The translations under genes were made by a program, and so were the position numbers. This document shows positions 1-12,338 of a DNA stretch of 64,000 nucleotides, piece by piece (the first letter of the stretch is position 1; every line of letters starts with the position of its first letter). Under the pieces are notes generated by a model that worked only from the letters and a program-made list of their open reading frames with translations, was not told the origin of the DNA and did no database searches. The stretch comes from Paraspadella gotoi (Eukaryota > Animalia > Chaetognatha). The stretch is taken from NCBI GenBank assembly GCA_051294375.1, contig CM119264.1, positions 20,712,242 to 20,776,241 of the forward strand, written 5' to 3'.

Positions 1-3000
1 AACGCTCAATTAGAAGGCAAAACAATTTTCTCAAAAATAGATTTGCTAAAGGGATATCACCAAATCCCCGTCAACCCGGACGATATCAAAAAAACCGCCG
101 TCATAACTCCATTTGGGTTGTATGTCTTTCCCCGCTGCCCTTTTGGGCTTAAAAATGCGGGGCAGGACTTTCAACGCCTCATGGACGAAATCCTGGGAGA
201 TATTCCGCATACCTTTGTGTATCTCGACGACATCTTAGTAGCATCGTCCTCACCCGAAGAGCACCTTCAGGACCTCGATCGAGTGTTTAAGGCCCTCGAC
301 GCTAACGGACTCGTCGTCAACACGAAAAAGTGTCTCCTTGGTCAGGACTCTCTCGAGTTCCTGGGGTTCCTCGTCGACAGGCATGGAGTTCGACCTCTGC
401 CTGAACGCGTTCAGACTCTCCGCGAGACAACGAGGCCGACGACGATCAAGGAACTTCAACGATTTCTAGGGATGATAAATTACTATCGTCGTTTCATCCC
501 TAGAGTCGCCCATCGTTGTGCATCGTTGTATGAAGCGTTAAGCGGGAAACCAAGAACTCTCAGCTGGACTCCAGAGTGCGAGCAGGCATTCGAGGCAATA
601 AAAGAAGGCCTGATACAGGCGGCGCTTCTCCACCACCCTCGAACAGGCGCTCAATTATGCGTCACGACTGACGCGTCCGATCACGCGGTGGGAGCCGTTC
701 TCGAGCAACGTGGCCCCAAAGGCTGGGAGCCACTTGCATTTTTTTCAGCTAAACTAGCGAAAAATCAGAAACTCTGGCCTCCGTTTGATCGGGAACTATT
801 CGGAGCATTTAAAGCAGTTCGTCATTTCAGACACTGGATAGAAGGACGAAACTTTACAATTTATACCGATCACCAGAGTCTGATTCCAGCATTAAAGAAA
901 AAATCAGAACCGCAGACCGCCCGCCAAGCCTATCAGCTTTCCGTCATAGCGGAATACACGACAGACATTCGTTATTTAAAAGGCAAGGCGAATGTTGTCG
1001 CGGACGCCCTCTCTCGTCCAAATAACTCATCAACGTCAACTACGACGACAACGACGACGCCCGCGGCGACGAAAACGACGACGACGTCAACAGCGCCAGC
1101 AGCACCACCGACAGCGTCTGCAGCGGCGCCAGCAGCATCGCAGGCAACAGCAGCGGCGGCAGCAACAGCGACGGCGTCAACAGTAACGCCGGCATCGCCA
1201 TCAGCGCCTACGTCGTCATCGTCATCGACACCTATAATCGACAGACCGATCAAAAACAATCGACTCGAGGACGCTCAGGCCGTAATAGCCTCGCTTACGA
1301 CTTACGAAATCGATTTCGAGCAAATGGCAAAGGAGCAGAGCCTCGATCAGGATTTTCAGAGAATAGCAGAGGACGCCCGCTCAGGTTTAAGCTTTCGAAA
1401 AATCCAGATTGGAGACCAACAGCTTCTAGCGGATGTGTCGAATGGCCCCGCCAGACCATTTGTCCCAGCAGCGTGGCGTCGAAAAATTTTTGATGTTATG
1501 CATGGCCTAGGACATCCGGGGATTGAAGCGACAAGGAAAGCTATAGCGGCAAAATTCGTATGGAATAGCATGCGCCAGGATGTGACGCAATGGGCACGTG
1601 ACTGCACTGATTGTCAACGAGCAAAAATAACTAGACACGTAGTACCTGAAATAGGTGAATTTAAGATTCCACCGAAAAGATTTCAACACGTGAATATCGA
1701 TCTAGTGAAAATGCCGAACTCCAACGGCTACAAACATTTACTCACTATAGTCGACAGGTTTTCTCGATGGCCAGCAGCGATACCAATCAGCGACACTCTG
1801 ACTCCTACGATCCTCGACGCCCTCAGTCATCAGTGGATAAGCATATTCGGAACACCAGCCGTTATCACGACTGATCGCGGCAGTCAATTCAGCTCAGCAT
1901 TGTGGCGCCAGCTGACGAACCACTGGGGGATCAAGCACTCTATGACGACGGCTTATCATCCTCAAGCTAACGGCCTCGTCGAAAGATTCCATCGGCGTCT
2001 AAAAGAGTCTCTTATCGCCTTAGCAAAAGAGGAAAGAGAAAACTGGTATTGGAAGTTGCCACTCACGCTCCTCGCAATTCGAACGACGATAAAAGAGGAC
2101 ATCGGCGCCTCAGCCGCCGACCTCGTCTTCGGCGAGGGCCTCAGCATCCCCGGCGACATCCTCGGCGACGCTCAGACGGACGATGCAAACTTACAACGTC
2201 AACGAAAAAATCAATTAGCGAGATTAAGAGTCGAAGTCGCCCGTCTCCAGCCCACATCTACCTCTGCTCACCATCAACCAACGATTCACATCCCCGTCAA
2301 CTTGGAATCCGCTAAGTATGTTTTTGTACGACGTGCAGGCATACATCCTCCACTCGTACCACCGTACGAGGGACCTTATCGCGTAATTAATCGAAAAGGA
2401 TTAAATCTAACGATTGAAATTCCAAGTAGAGGGAGAGAAACGGTAAATATCGCACGCGTCAAACCCGCGTGGATAAGCGAGGATATACTGGAGGCCAACG
2501 AGCCGGAGACCCGCCCACGACGCCGACCAGGTCGCCCACCAGGTCCCAGATCACGCATGCCAGCGCCAACGTCGAGAATGACAAGATCGGCGACATTGGC
2601 GAATCAGCGAAGCAAATCTCCTCCTCCTCCTCCTCCTCCTCCTGCTCCTCCAACTCCGCCCCCCCCCTCACCGAACCGTCTCCAACAACCTCAATCTCTC
2701 CCCGACCCGTCCTCACCGTCTCCGTCTATTTTGCTTCCATCTTCATCATCTCCGCGCCTTCTCCGCTCGACGACTCCATCGTCAAAGCGAGGAGAATTGA
2801 ATAACAACAACAAAGAAAAAGCGAGAGAACTTGAGCCAACGTGGAGGTTTCCTAAACCTTGCGCGGAGAATTTTTCGAGCAAACGACTCAGACAAACCGA
2901 CCAGGAACATAACAACAAAATAAACATTGTCGATGACAACGAAAACAACAACAACAACAACGACAATAACAAAAGACCAACATACTCAGCAGTATTAAGA

Positions 3001-3066
3001 GAAATGCTTCGTCGACAAGAAAATGAAAATAATAACAACAACAAAAATCGACAATTGTATTTATGA
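1..3066 (+). CDS. pol: Ty3/Gypsy pol polyprotein, 5'-partial (RT, RNase H, integrase); CsRn1/Boudicca-like clade
   Basis: Frame is open from base 1 ([23 protein letters not shown]). It contains RT YLDD, RNase H TDASD...DRE...TDH, integrase HHCC (HGLGHPG...CTDC), a DDE core ([26 protein letters not shown]) and the GPY motif PYEGPYRV. Domain order RT-RH-IN, no stops or frameshifts. Clade call is from recalled motif similarity. Confidence 0.97.
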   Translation, partial: NAQLEGKTIFSKIDLLKGYHQIPVNPDDIKKTAVITPFGLYVFPRCPFGLKNAGQDFQRLMDEILGDIPHTFVYLDDILVASSSPEEHLQDLDRVFKALDANGLVVNTKKCLLGQDSLEFLGFLVDRHGVRPLPERVQTLRETTRPTTIKELQRFLGMINYYRRFIPRVAHRCASLYEALSGKPRTLSWTPECEQAFEAIKEGLIQAALLHHPRTGAQLCVTTDASDHAVGAVLEQRGPKGWEPLAFFSAKLAKNQKLWPPFDRELFGAFKAVRHFRHWIEGRNFTIYTDHQSLIPALKKKSEPQTARQAYQLSVIAEYTTDIRYLKGKANVVADALSRPNNSSTSTTTTTTTPAATKTTTTSTAPAAPPTASAAAPAASQATAAAAATATASTVTPASPSAPTSSSSSTPIIDRPIKNNRLEDAQAVIASLTTYEIDFEQMAKEQSLDQDFQRIAEDARSGLSFRKIQIGDQQLLADVSNGPARPFVPAAWRRKIFDVMHGLGHPGIEATRKAIAAKFVWNSMRQDVTQWARDCTDCQRAKITRHVVPEIGEFKIPPKRFQHVNIDLVKMPNSNGYKHLLTIVDRFSRWPAAIPISDTLTPTILDALSHQWISIFGTPAVITTDRGSQFSSALWRQLTNHWGIKHSMTTAYHPQANGLVERFHRRLKESLIALAKEERENWYWKLPLTLLAIRTTIKEDIGASAADLVFGEGLSIPGDILGDAQTDDANLQRQRKNQLARLRVEVARLQPTSTSAHHQPTIHIPVNLESAKYVFVRRAGIHPPLVPPYEGPYRVINRKGLNLTIEIPSRGRETVNIARVKPAWISEDILEANEPETRPRRRPGRPPGPRSRMPAPTSRMTRSATLANQRSKSPPPPPPPPAPPTPPPPSPNRLQQPQSLPDPSSPSPSILLPSSSSPRLLRSTTPSSKRGELNNNNKEKARELEPTWRFPKPCAENFSSKRLRQTDQEHNNKINIVDDNENNNNNNDNNKRPTYSAVLREMLRRQENENNNNNKNRQLYL

Positions 3067-3305
3067 TATTTAAACATTATTTTTGATTTTTTATTATTTT
3101 GGAATATTTTCGAATATTTTAAATATTTTTCAACGTTTTTGGAATTTTAATTTTTGTATTTCATTTCGAAATATGTTATTAGTCAGCCGATCGTCAATTT
3201 TATTTTTATTTTCCCATGTATACCCATTATATATTTGTAAATATTATTCAAATCACTCGGTGGACGACAAATTATTTTATTAAATTATATTAACCCATAT
3301 ATTTC

Positions 3306-3315
3306 AAGAAGGGGG
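3306..3315 (+). promoter_or_regulatory. Polypurine tract of the Gypsy element
   Basis: AAGAAGGGGG about 240 bp after the pol stop, followed by CG and then TG at 3318. Confidence 0.8.
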
Positions 3316-3317
3316 CG

Positions 3318-3844
3318 TGCGGCCACCTCGAGCATGCCATGGATGCTCAACCTAAAATCCTTTAAATCAGATTCGTTCTTTTGTTTTCAAACTAATGAAA
3401 TCGTTCGCCAAGAGATGTCTCATCTATCTGTGCATTTGTTTGAAGAGTGTTAACTTTAACTGATTCTACTTTGAATTCATTCAGACTGGTTCTTGCTCTC
3501 ATTCGAATATATTAATAAACATTATATTCTAAACCGTCTTTTTATCTTTTTCTCACAATGTAAACTAACTACATTTTTAGCAAGAGAAAAACTATAAACA
3601 AAATCCAAAGTAAATTCATCTACAATTAAAACTCGATCAATTTAAATCCGATTTTACTGACGATGTGATTTCCCTGCGATCAACGCCATCTTGGATTCTG
3701 TTATCTTAGATTCACAACGTCTCAGCGTCAACGTCAACGGTCACGTGATATTCATCAAAATCGTTCCCTGAGACCTAGCCACAGACGTGAGGTAAGGCAA
3801 GAATTGCCTAGCGCCGTCCGCGGATTACAAGTAAGGCAATCACA
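3318..3844 (+). mobile_element. Probable 3' LTR (~527 bp)
   Basis: Starts TG after the PPT, has an internal AATAAA near 3514, and ends ...ATCACA where unrelated integrase-like coding sequence begins. The 5' LTR is not in the window, so the right boundary is inferred. Confidence 0.6.
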
Positions 3845-4250
3845 GGTGTTTAAAGCCGTTGCTAAGCACTCTGAAACGGAACTCGTCAAAACAAAAGGCT
3901 TATTACGATTTTCGTACGAGCATCCCTACCTTTAAAGAAGGAGATCGAGTCCTTTATAGAAAGTTTATGATTCAGCCAGTGATGTTAAATCATTTAGTGC
4001 TCAATATCATAAAGACCCTTTCGTTATCACTAAGAAACTAAGTGATGTTAATTATGTGATTTGCCCTATCGCTAAAACCGGAAAAAATCCGGAGAGAAAA
4101 TGAGAAAGGATGTAAAGTTGTTCATGCAAATCAGTTAAAGTTAGTCGAAGATCCGCTAGGGGCGCCCTGCATGAGGCGGAAAAACGGGAGAAAAACAAAA
4201 GACCCGTTCGGGAGAGAAAAACCCCTGAGCATCTAAAGGATTATGACTTA
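3845..4250 (+). pseudogene. Degraded C-terminal integrase region of a second, older Gypsy element
   Basis: Frameshifted segments KQKAYYDFRTSIPTFKEGDRVLYRK, QYHKDPFVITKKLSDVNYVI and KVVHANQLK are typical of the Gypsy integrase C-terminal GPF/Y region. Confidence 0.8.
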
Positions 4251-4615
4251 ACTGGAGAGCGAAATGAACGAGACTGGTCGTAAGACTCGATATTGCCAAA
4301 AAATTAATGTACAATAAATTGTAAAATAAATTTTGTAACATGTAAATAATACCTAAATATATATATTATAATTAACTCAAACTTAAGCAAGGAAAAACTG
4401 GAGTTAAACTCAGACTTAAACTGAAACAAGGGCAAATAAATTGTTTGTTTGGTTTTTGAGCTGATGACAATACTATTTACATATGTTTACAATATTCAAG
4501 GTGAAATGTAATTTCTGAGTTTGGTTAAAGTTAAAGTCGAACTAAAGGCAAAATACAGCCTAACTGATTTTCGAGTGAAAAGGTTAAGTGAATTCTAAGT
4601 GAAAACAAAAACGAA

Positions 4616-5512
4616 TTTATTAACCAGGAAAATAAAAAACAGGAAAACAACGGTATTAATAACGAATGAGATCATGGGGAAAACCGGACCGGGGGCCGTC
4701 CTCGAGACGCCCGAAGAGAACGACGAGGCGGCAAGCCGGAGGAGTAGAGGTTGTGAGGTGAGGGTGCCACCTTGGGTGTCGTCTCGAGGCGTCGAGGCGA
4801 ATCTCCGACATCTCCGAAGAATTGGGCGGCCAGAGAGCCGTCAGGCCGGAGAAGGAGAGCGGCGTCGAGTGAGGAACGCCGCGGAGACGCCGACGCCGGC
4901 CGAACGCCCATTTGAGGGTGAGGACGACGACGAGAGGGCGAGCGTTGACGCCGACCCCAAGGCGAGGAGCACCCAATCCTGAAGGTACCCAACCGTACTT
5001 CATTATTTCATAAAAAGGGGTGATGGAGTACAACGGGCACCAACCGGTAAATGAGCGAAGGGTGCCCTGGAAGTAGAGGTGGCGAAGCGGGTGGCGCCGA
5101 AGAGAGGAAGGACGCCGAGGCCCGCCGAGGCGGTGGCCGACGCCGTCGGACCCGAGACCTGTTGAGCCGAAGGCCTGAGGTTCAGTCTGGTGTATGGTGA
5201 AAATCTCAGGAGCTTCCGGCTCACCTGGGGGTCCAAGAAGGTAGAGGACGCTGCCGCCGCCGCCGCTGCCGTTGGGGCCGCTGCCGCCGAAGACGCCGCC
5301 TCCATGGAGGTTGAACCCTCCGGGTTCGATAACTGGTGAGAAAGGGAGGGGGGACCTTGACCCTCTTGGAAACAGTTAAGTTCCGGCTTCCCTGCTCACC
5401 TGAGATTCCATGAGGGCGGAGGACGTTGCCGTCGCCACTGCGGGAGGAGGCGCCGCGTGCTCCGAGACGGAAGGATCCCGGGCCTAGTGAGTGGGAAAGT
5501 CGCAACGAACGG
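4616..5512 (-). other. GC-rich segment with overlapping minus-strand ORFs; possible frameshifted antisense accessory ORF of the older Gypsy
   Basis: Overlapping ORFs 5221-5559, 5003-5305 and 4656-5033 on the minus strand; minus-strand AATAAA at 4616-4621 just after the last stop; no recognisable domain; cut by a gap. Confidence 0.35.
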
Positions 5513-5522
5513 NNNNNNNNNN

Positions 5523-5803
5523 TTTTAAATGCTGAAGGTGACAGAACTTTTGATAACATGTTTTATATTTTCGATTCAACTTTTTATAAAGAATTTGAAT
5601 CTTTAATAGAAGTTTTAAAAAAATTATTTTTAAAATTTACTATTTTATATGAATATTATTACAAATATATTATATTTTACTATTCTGTTCCTGAGACAAT
5701 ATGAATAAAATATTTTTTGGACTAGTTAAACATACTTTCTCTCAGCTAAATATCATTGTTCGATCAATCAAATAATTTTTTTGTTCCTGAGTGCTCCACT
5801 CTA
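5523..5803 (+). mobile_element. Right half of a hAT-type MITE (same family as 37189-37796), truncated by a gap
   Basis: Aligns to about 37514-37796 and ends with the same TIR GTGCTCCACTCTA. Confidence 0.8.
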
Positions 5804-6720
5804 ATGTACAGTAGATTACAAAAAAAAGGAGTTACATATTTCCTAAACGTTCATCAACCATGCACACTGCACACTGCACAATATCTCATCAACGCTAATA
5901 ATTTTGTAACTTTCATATAAAGCTTGAAAGCTTGCAGGGGTCTGCTATGTCATTATCTTGTAAGAGTGATGGAGGCCTTCAACCATCAAAGCCTGTCCAA
6001 AGTTAGGGGCAAGATAGCTTATTTATTAAATGAATGGATAATTTTTATATTGGTTGTACCAATTTCATAATATATATTATAATTTCTAATTCGTATCATA
6101 TTGAACACAATTGACATTTGAGAAAGCAAGAAAAAAACAAAAACAAATACAATTGCAATAAAATCTCCGATTTCTTTTTTTGTTTTGCGTCTTTTTTTTC
6201 TTCCTCCGCTGCCTCCCTCCATTGGAAACAAAATAATAACAAAAAAAGCAAAACGGGAAACGCCCACTTCTACGCGCCTAAACGCTCCCCCCCCTCTCTC
6301 ATCCTTCTCTGTCCTCTCTTCTCTCTCTCTCCTTCTCCCTTGTCTCTCTCTCTTCTCTTCTCTCTCTCTCTCGTCCTGTCTCGTCTTTCATCTCTCGCTC
6401 TCTCTCGTCTTCTCCTCTCTTCTTCTCTTTTTACAGCACACACAACACACAAGACAAACACATACAAACCCCAGAAAGGAACTTAAGGAGGAAAATGTTT
6501 CTGCGAAGAAAAAGTGGGGCACGAAAAAAAAATCCGAGAAATCCCGACCGGTAAGTTTCCGAGTTTTGGGATTCCGAATCGAGAGAGCGAGAGAGAGGGA
6601 GAGACGGGAGGGAGGGAAGAGAGGGAGAGGAGGAGAGACGAGAGAGAGAGCGAAGGAGAGAGAGAAGAGAGCGAGAGAGAGAGAGAGAGCGAGAGAAGAG
6701 AAGCAGAGAGAGGAGAATGA

Positions 6721-6753
<33 letters not shown>

Positions 6754-6945
6754 AAGTCAGGAGAGAGAGGAAAGAGAGAGAGGAGAGGTGAGAGAGAGAG
6801 ATGAACGGAGTATTTAGAAGAAGATTGGCTGAGTGGGAAGAGAAGAAGAGGGATTATGATGGACGCTGAAAGAGGGAGTCAGAGAAGAAACAAGTAAAGA
6901 AAGAAAGTTAAAAATCTATTACAGCACTCAACTGAAATGAGAAAC

Positions 6946-7170
6946 ATTGTTGAAAAAAATCAAAGGAGGCTCAGAGTTTTTTAAATCTCGGCCGTTTAAT
7001 AAGAGTTACAAACGAACAATTTTTATAAACTATTACAGAATTCCACTCAAACGACTTTGTACATTGATTGCAAGATAGAGGAAAAAAAGAAATTGTTGAA
7101 AAAAATCAAAGGAGGCTGAGAATTTTCTAAATATCGATAGTCAATAAGAGTAACAAACGAACAATTTATT
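6946..7170. repeat. Degenerate ~145-bp direct duplication
   Basis: ATTGTTGAAAAAAATCAAAGGAGGCT...AATAAGAGT-ACAAACGAACAATTT occurs at about 6946 and 7092. Confidence 0.7.
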
Positions 7171-8412
7171 TGTATCATAAAACGAGGAGAGAATTCGTTG
7201 AGAAAATTCGGACCAAAGAAGAAGAATCGCTGCTTAGAATTCGAATTTTAATTAGGCGGGCAGACGGAGGAGACAGAGCTTTAAAAAATCTTGAATCAAT
7301 TGGGAAGAAAAGAAAAAAAGACAGAAAGGAGAAGAGGTGTAATGAGGGTTAATGAAAGAAATTGTAAGGAGAAATAAATAAAGATATAAAAACAAGAAAT
7401 GAAAAAATATAATGTAAGGTGAGCCTCTATCTTGGTGTCAATTAAAAAAGTTATATAAATTAATAAAGGAAAAAAAAGATGACAAAAAAAACAACGAAAA
7501 GAACAAAGAGAGAGAACGATTACAGAAAGCTTACATAAGAGATCAAAAAAAGATTTAAAAAAAAGAAAAACGTCACTTGAAAAAAAGAGAATAATTTACA
7601 TTGCAATTAGCAACTCTTGAAAAAGAATATTAAAGACAAAAATATGAATGAGTTGTAGCGATGCTTTTTTTTTGGTCAGGGACCTCTTTTGAATTATACT
7701 TACCTCACGATATAAGAAATTTAAAAAAAAAGTTCTGAAAATAAAAAATACGATATTGAAAAAAGAAATAGAAAACGTAGAAACCAGGATGCACCGGACA
7801 ACACCAACTTTTTTTGGAGAGGAAGTACTGACGACGACGTTGAAGATGTTTTCGTCGAAATCCCAAGTGAATCCTTGAAGGCGTCAAGCGCGATTGAGAC
7901 GATGATTCCGCTCTTCTTTTTCTCCTCGGATATGGAAAAGGACAAAAATGGCTGAATTTTTTGAGAAAATCTCGCGCGAACCGAACAATGGAATAATTCT
8001 CGTCTCCAAAATTCAATTCGACATCAAATTTTCGTTAAGTCGGTTAGAGATTAAAAAAAAAGAAAAAAAAAAGAGACATGAATGTTGAACGTCGCCTCAA
8101 GTCATCTCTATGCAAATCAGTTGCGTCCTAAAAAAAAAAAACTTCCGGCCGAGGTCGCTCATTGAGAAAGAAAAGAGTTCTGAGCGGAAGCCTCGAAAAT
8201 TCCCCCTGTCACTCTGAGAACGTAATTGATGTTGGAAGTTAAACATTCGACGAAATGAACAAAGTGCACCTTTGAGTTGGAGGCTGAAACAAAAGACGAG
8301 GAGACAGAAAGAAGAGAGAAAGAGAAAAAACAAAAGAAGCCCGGCACAAAATCAAGGATGGAGGGAGAAAAGGAAGAGAGAGAGGAGAGAGAGAGAGAGA
8401 GAGAGAGAAGAG

Positions 8413-8443
<31 letters not shown>

Positions 8444-9054
8444 GCGGGCTGAAAATTCTAATGGAAATCGAGGATGCAGAATGGCGTCGGACTTCGTTTC
8501 ACAGCGTGTTTTCCGAACGTACGGGGCGCCGCTCTTACGAGGAATAGGAACAGACTCGATACAGAGAGCCGTGGAAGAGATAGATAGATAACAGTTGGGA
8601 GAGAGAGAGAGGAGAGAAAGAGAGAAGAAGAGAGAGAGAGGAGGAAGAGAGGAAGAGAAGACTGAGACGTAGAGAGCAGAGCAGAGACGAGAGAGAAATA
8701 TACAGTAATTATCGCGATTTCGAGACTTTAGTTTTCGGTTATGGAAGATGGAGCAATGAAAAAACTTTCGGGGTTCAGGATTTTTAATTTAATTTTCACG
8801 ATTTGCCACCCACTTACATCATCATTTCTCTCTCTCTCTCTCCTCTCTTCCGTCGTCTCATCTCTCTCTCTCTTCTCTCTCTCTCTCTCTCTCTCTCCTC
8901 TCCTCTTCTCATTCTCATCCTTCGTCCTTTTTTCTCTTGTCCTCTTCTTGCTCCNNNNNNNNNNNNNNNNNNNNNNNNNCAGAGAGAGAAGATTTAGACG
9001 ATTTTTAATTTAATTTTCAACGATTTCACCACTACTATCTCATTTTCTCATCTC

Positions 9055-9126
<72 letters not shown>

Positions 9127-9197
9127 TTTTCTCTTTCCTTTCTCTGTCCCTCTCTCTTTCAATTTCTCTTTCCTAGCGATCCATCTCAATTTCTCAC

Positions 9198-9279
9198 CTG
9201 ACGATGCATTGGAAGGTTTGTGGAACTTCTTCCTGAACGGATCCCACGTGCATAGGTTGGCAAACCGGCCGAGTTATCA
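9198..9279 (-). CDS. Ig-superfamily gene, coding exon 3 (linker and start of second Ig-like domain)
   Basis: TTCTTTTCAG acceptor, AG|GTGAGA donor, 82 bp. The phase-1 join with exon 2 gives AHLV-VITRPVCQPMHVGSVQEEVPQTFQCIV. Confidence 0.8.
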
Positions 9280-9683
9280 CTGAAAAGAATTCATTTTAAG
9301 AGAATTAGCAATGATGATTTTTAAATATAAAGTATATGTTTGCTGCCTTGAATCATAATTTCTTAGGGTTGCGGAATATATGTAGATACGTAGGACTTGA
9401 AATAGAAAACTACTTTGAATGATATTTTTTGTGGGTTTCAACCTTGAAAATGATTGCGAGTTGAGTCGCACAGAAATAAGAAATCAGCTTCTCCTCAAAA
9501 ATCGTTTTTCAATAATTTTACTTTTTTTTAAAAAATCGTAGAGATGGGAGGAAAAAAAGAAAAGAAAAAGGGGAGATCTGGAGGAAAAAAGGAAAAGAAA
9601 AGGGGGAGATCTGGAGGAAAAAAGGAAAAAAAAGGGAGATCTGGAGGAAAAGTTTAGAGGGAGAAATTGAAAAATAGGGGACG

Positions 9684-9777
<94 letters not shown>

Positions 9778-10267
9778 GAGAAAACGATTTTTCTATAGAT
9801 TTTTTCCAGCTCGTGCCTTCCTTCTGTTACGTTCCAGTGAGCTTCAACGTTTTTTAAAATCAAGATTGAATCGAATTCGCTTTTTCGCGAAATTTAAAAA
9901 CAAATATAAACATGAGCCAGAAAAAAAAAAACAGCGACAGTCGAAAGGTCTGCACCCGTTTTTTTCCTCTCAGTCGTTGAAATGAAAACAAATTTAACAG
10001 AGACTTATCGGCAACGGAATGCCGCTACTAAATATATTACTTTCGCTATCTTCGTTTCTAAGGCCTTTTTTTTCTAAATTAATTGATAGAAATAGTCTAT
10101 AAATAAAATTTTTCTTATAACTCTCGCGCATTATTTTTCACTTTTCCCCTCTTTTCCCTTTGTTTCAATTACCTGCCGATCAATTAATTAGTCTTCTAAA
10201 AAATCATCCATAAATCGAGTAAAAGAAAAAAACCTTTTTTTTTCTCGCGGAGAAATGAATCAGAGAA

Positions 10268-10398
<131 letters not shown>

Positions 10399-11163
10399 AA
10401 CAGGGTGAGCGAGGAAAGGAAAGAGGGAAAAGAAAGTCGTCGTTACGCGACGCAATGGCGTAGAACCGAGTCTTAGAATACAGATTAAAATCGGCAAAAC
10501 CCCGGGACCGACCGACTACGACGACGACGCCACAAAATGTCAACATTCGGAAAATTTCGCGCCATGGAGTTTTTGCACCATGGCCCGAGCGCCATATGCA
10601 ATATAACCTCGGCAGAGTCTGAGGAAGCGGAAAGGAAAAGGGGGAGATTCTGGGATGACATGAAAATGCAGGGAAAGAAGGGATATTTGAGAATAATAGA
10701 GCTGTGTATTAGAATGCAAGGATTTAACATTTTCGCGTCAAAAAAATTATATTTGAGAAAATTGCAGAGTGGAGTGTGGAGAGCGGACGGCTGGCTGGTG
10801 AAGTAATATTCGCAGACAAGCGAGAAAATGAAAGAGAGGTTGAGAGGGAATAAGGGGTGAACTTAGGCAAAAGTTTCCTTCTAACTAGGTAAAAGACAAT
10901 TTTTTGGTTTACCTAGTAGTTGAAACTGAATTAAAATTTTTGTAAAAAAAATTAATAGCTAAAAATATTATTCAGATTTAAACAACAAGTTTGGTGAGAG
11001 GGGTTGGAGGTCCATTATATAGTTGTTTTTAATTAAGATAAACTTTTTTCAGAATGTTCAAAGATGTCATTTTTTATTATTTGAGTTTAAAATCTTTTGT
11101 TAATGATAAAAAAATAGAAGGAAAACTTTTTTTGGATTTTTAGGGATTTTTATTTAGATAAAT

Positions 11164-11204
11164 ACATACATGTTTCGATTTAATTTGAAAGTCTTTATCA
11201 GTGC
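11164..11204 (-). ncRNA. Hammerhead ribozyme motif, core mutated (CUGAUAA)
   Basis: Minus strand reads GCA CTGATAA AGACTT TCAAATTA AATC GAAAC AT GTA TGT. Confidence 0.65.
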
Positions 11205-11332
11205 AAATTTAGTTTTGATAGGTAACATATTTTTTGTTTCACAAGTAAACAGGTGAAAGGGATGGAGAGAAAGAGAGAGAGGGAGAGAAATAAATGTTTC
11301 CACAAAGAATTTTAAAAAAGTACAGTGGTCAG

Positions 11333-11898
11333 TAAGCCGTAGTAAAATTTCTAAATTTAATCTTAATTAAAATTCTAAATGTGAGGAACGAACAACATTA
11401 TATCTAATGAACATTATAATAAATAAAAAATTTATAATAAATTTTACAATTATGCAGTAGGCCAATATTACTAGTACTAAACCAATAAATGTTAAAAATT
11501 TCAAAACAGTTTTTTCTAAAATTTTTTGCAGATTTGGATTCGTTATAAAAGTTGATAAAAAAAGAATATAACTCTTTTTGAAAAATTCCTTTATTAAAAA
11601 TTAGAAAATTATTATTAATTGCTAAAAATTAACCTTTTATATATTAATTATAGTTTTTTAAATTTTAACCCACTTAATGAAAGAATTTTTAAAAAATGAT
11701 TTATATTTTCTTTTATCAAACTTTTGACGAGGAATTCAAATCTGCAATTTTATAAGGATAGTACTATATATAAATATAGCCTACTGCGAAAATTAAAAAA
11801 TATAAATTAGTTTTTTTTATACAATTAATGTTCACTGATGGTATGTTGTTCAAAATTGACTTTTAGAATTTTCGTATGGTAACTTTCACTACGCCTTA
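11333..11898. mobile_element. hAT-type MITE family A (TIR TAAGGCGTAGT), copy 1
   Basis: TIRs present; TSD GTGGTCAG/GGGGTCAG; homologous to 48660-49264 and 50814-51428. Confidence 0.9.
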
Positions 11899-12182
11899 GG
11901 GGTCAGCTTGAGGATAGGGTAAGTTTGAGCAGAGAGAAAGAAGGGTGGTGAGGAAAAGAAATTGAAATTTGGCAAGAGAGAAAGAAAGATGAATATTGTA
12001 TAAGATGTATAAGATGCATAATGTATTGATCTAATTGTTGACCTCTGCATCTCTCTCTCTCTCTCTCTCTGCCAAAATTTTAATTTCTTTTCCTCACCAC
12101 TTCTCTCTCTCTGCTCAAACTTACCCTATCCTCAAAACTGACCACTGTCCTTTTTTTTATTTCTTTGTTAGAAACATTTATT

Positions 12183-12232
<50 letters not shown>

Positions 12233-12290
12233 CTCCATCCTTCTCACGTGTTTACTTTGAAACAAAAAATTATGTATCATCAAAATTAAA

Positions 12291-12338
12291 TAAGCACTGA
12301 TGAAGATTTGCAAATTAAGTCGAAACATGTTATGTTTA
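12291..12338 (+). ncRNA. Minimal type I hammerhead ribozyme motif (duplicated at ~14186-14233)
   Basis: TAAGCA CTGATGA A GATTTG CAAAT TAAGTC GAAAC ATGTT ATGTTTA; stem II contains G-U pairs and the cleavage-site register is imperfect. Confidence 0.7.

Noticed and set aside
250-3077. Short alternative-frame and antisense ORFs over pol
   Set aside because: Shadows of the GC-rich, low-complexity pol sequence
8097-8130. TTTTTAG acceptor as candidate exon 4
   Set aside because: The phase-2 continuation hits a stop after 10 codons and lacks Ig features
8779-9150. Direct duplication flanking the 8955-8979 gap
   Set aside because: Indel-rich overlap on both sides of a fixed 25-N gap; most simply an unmerged contig overlap
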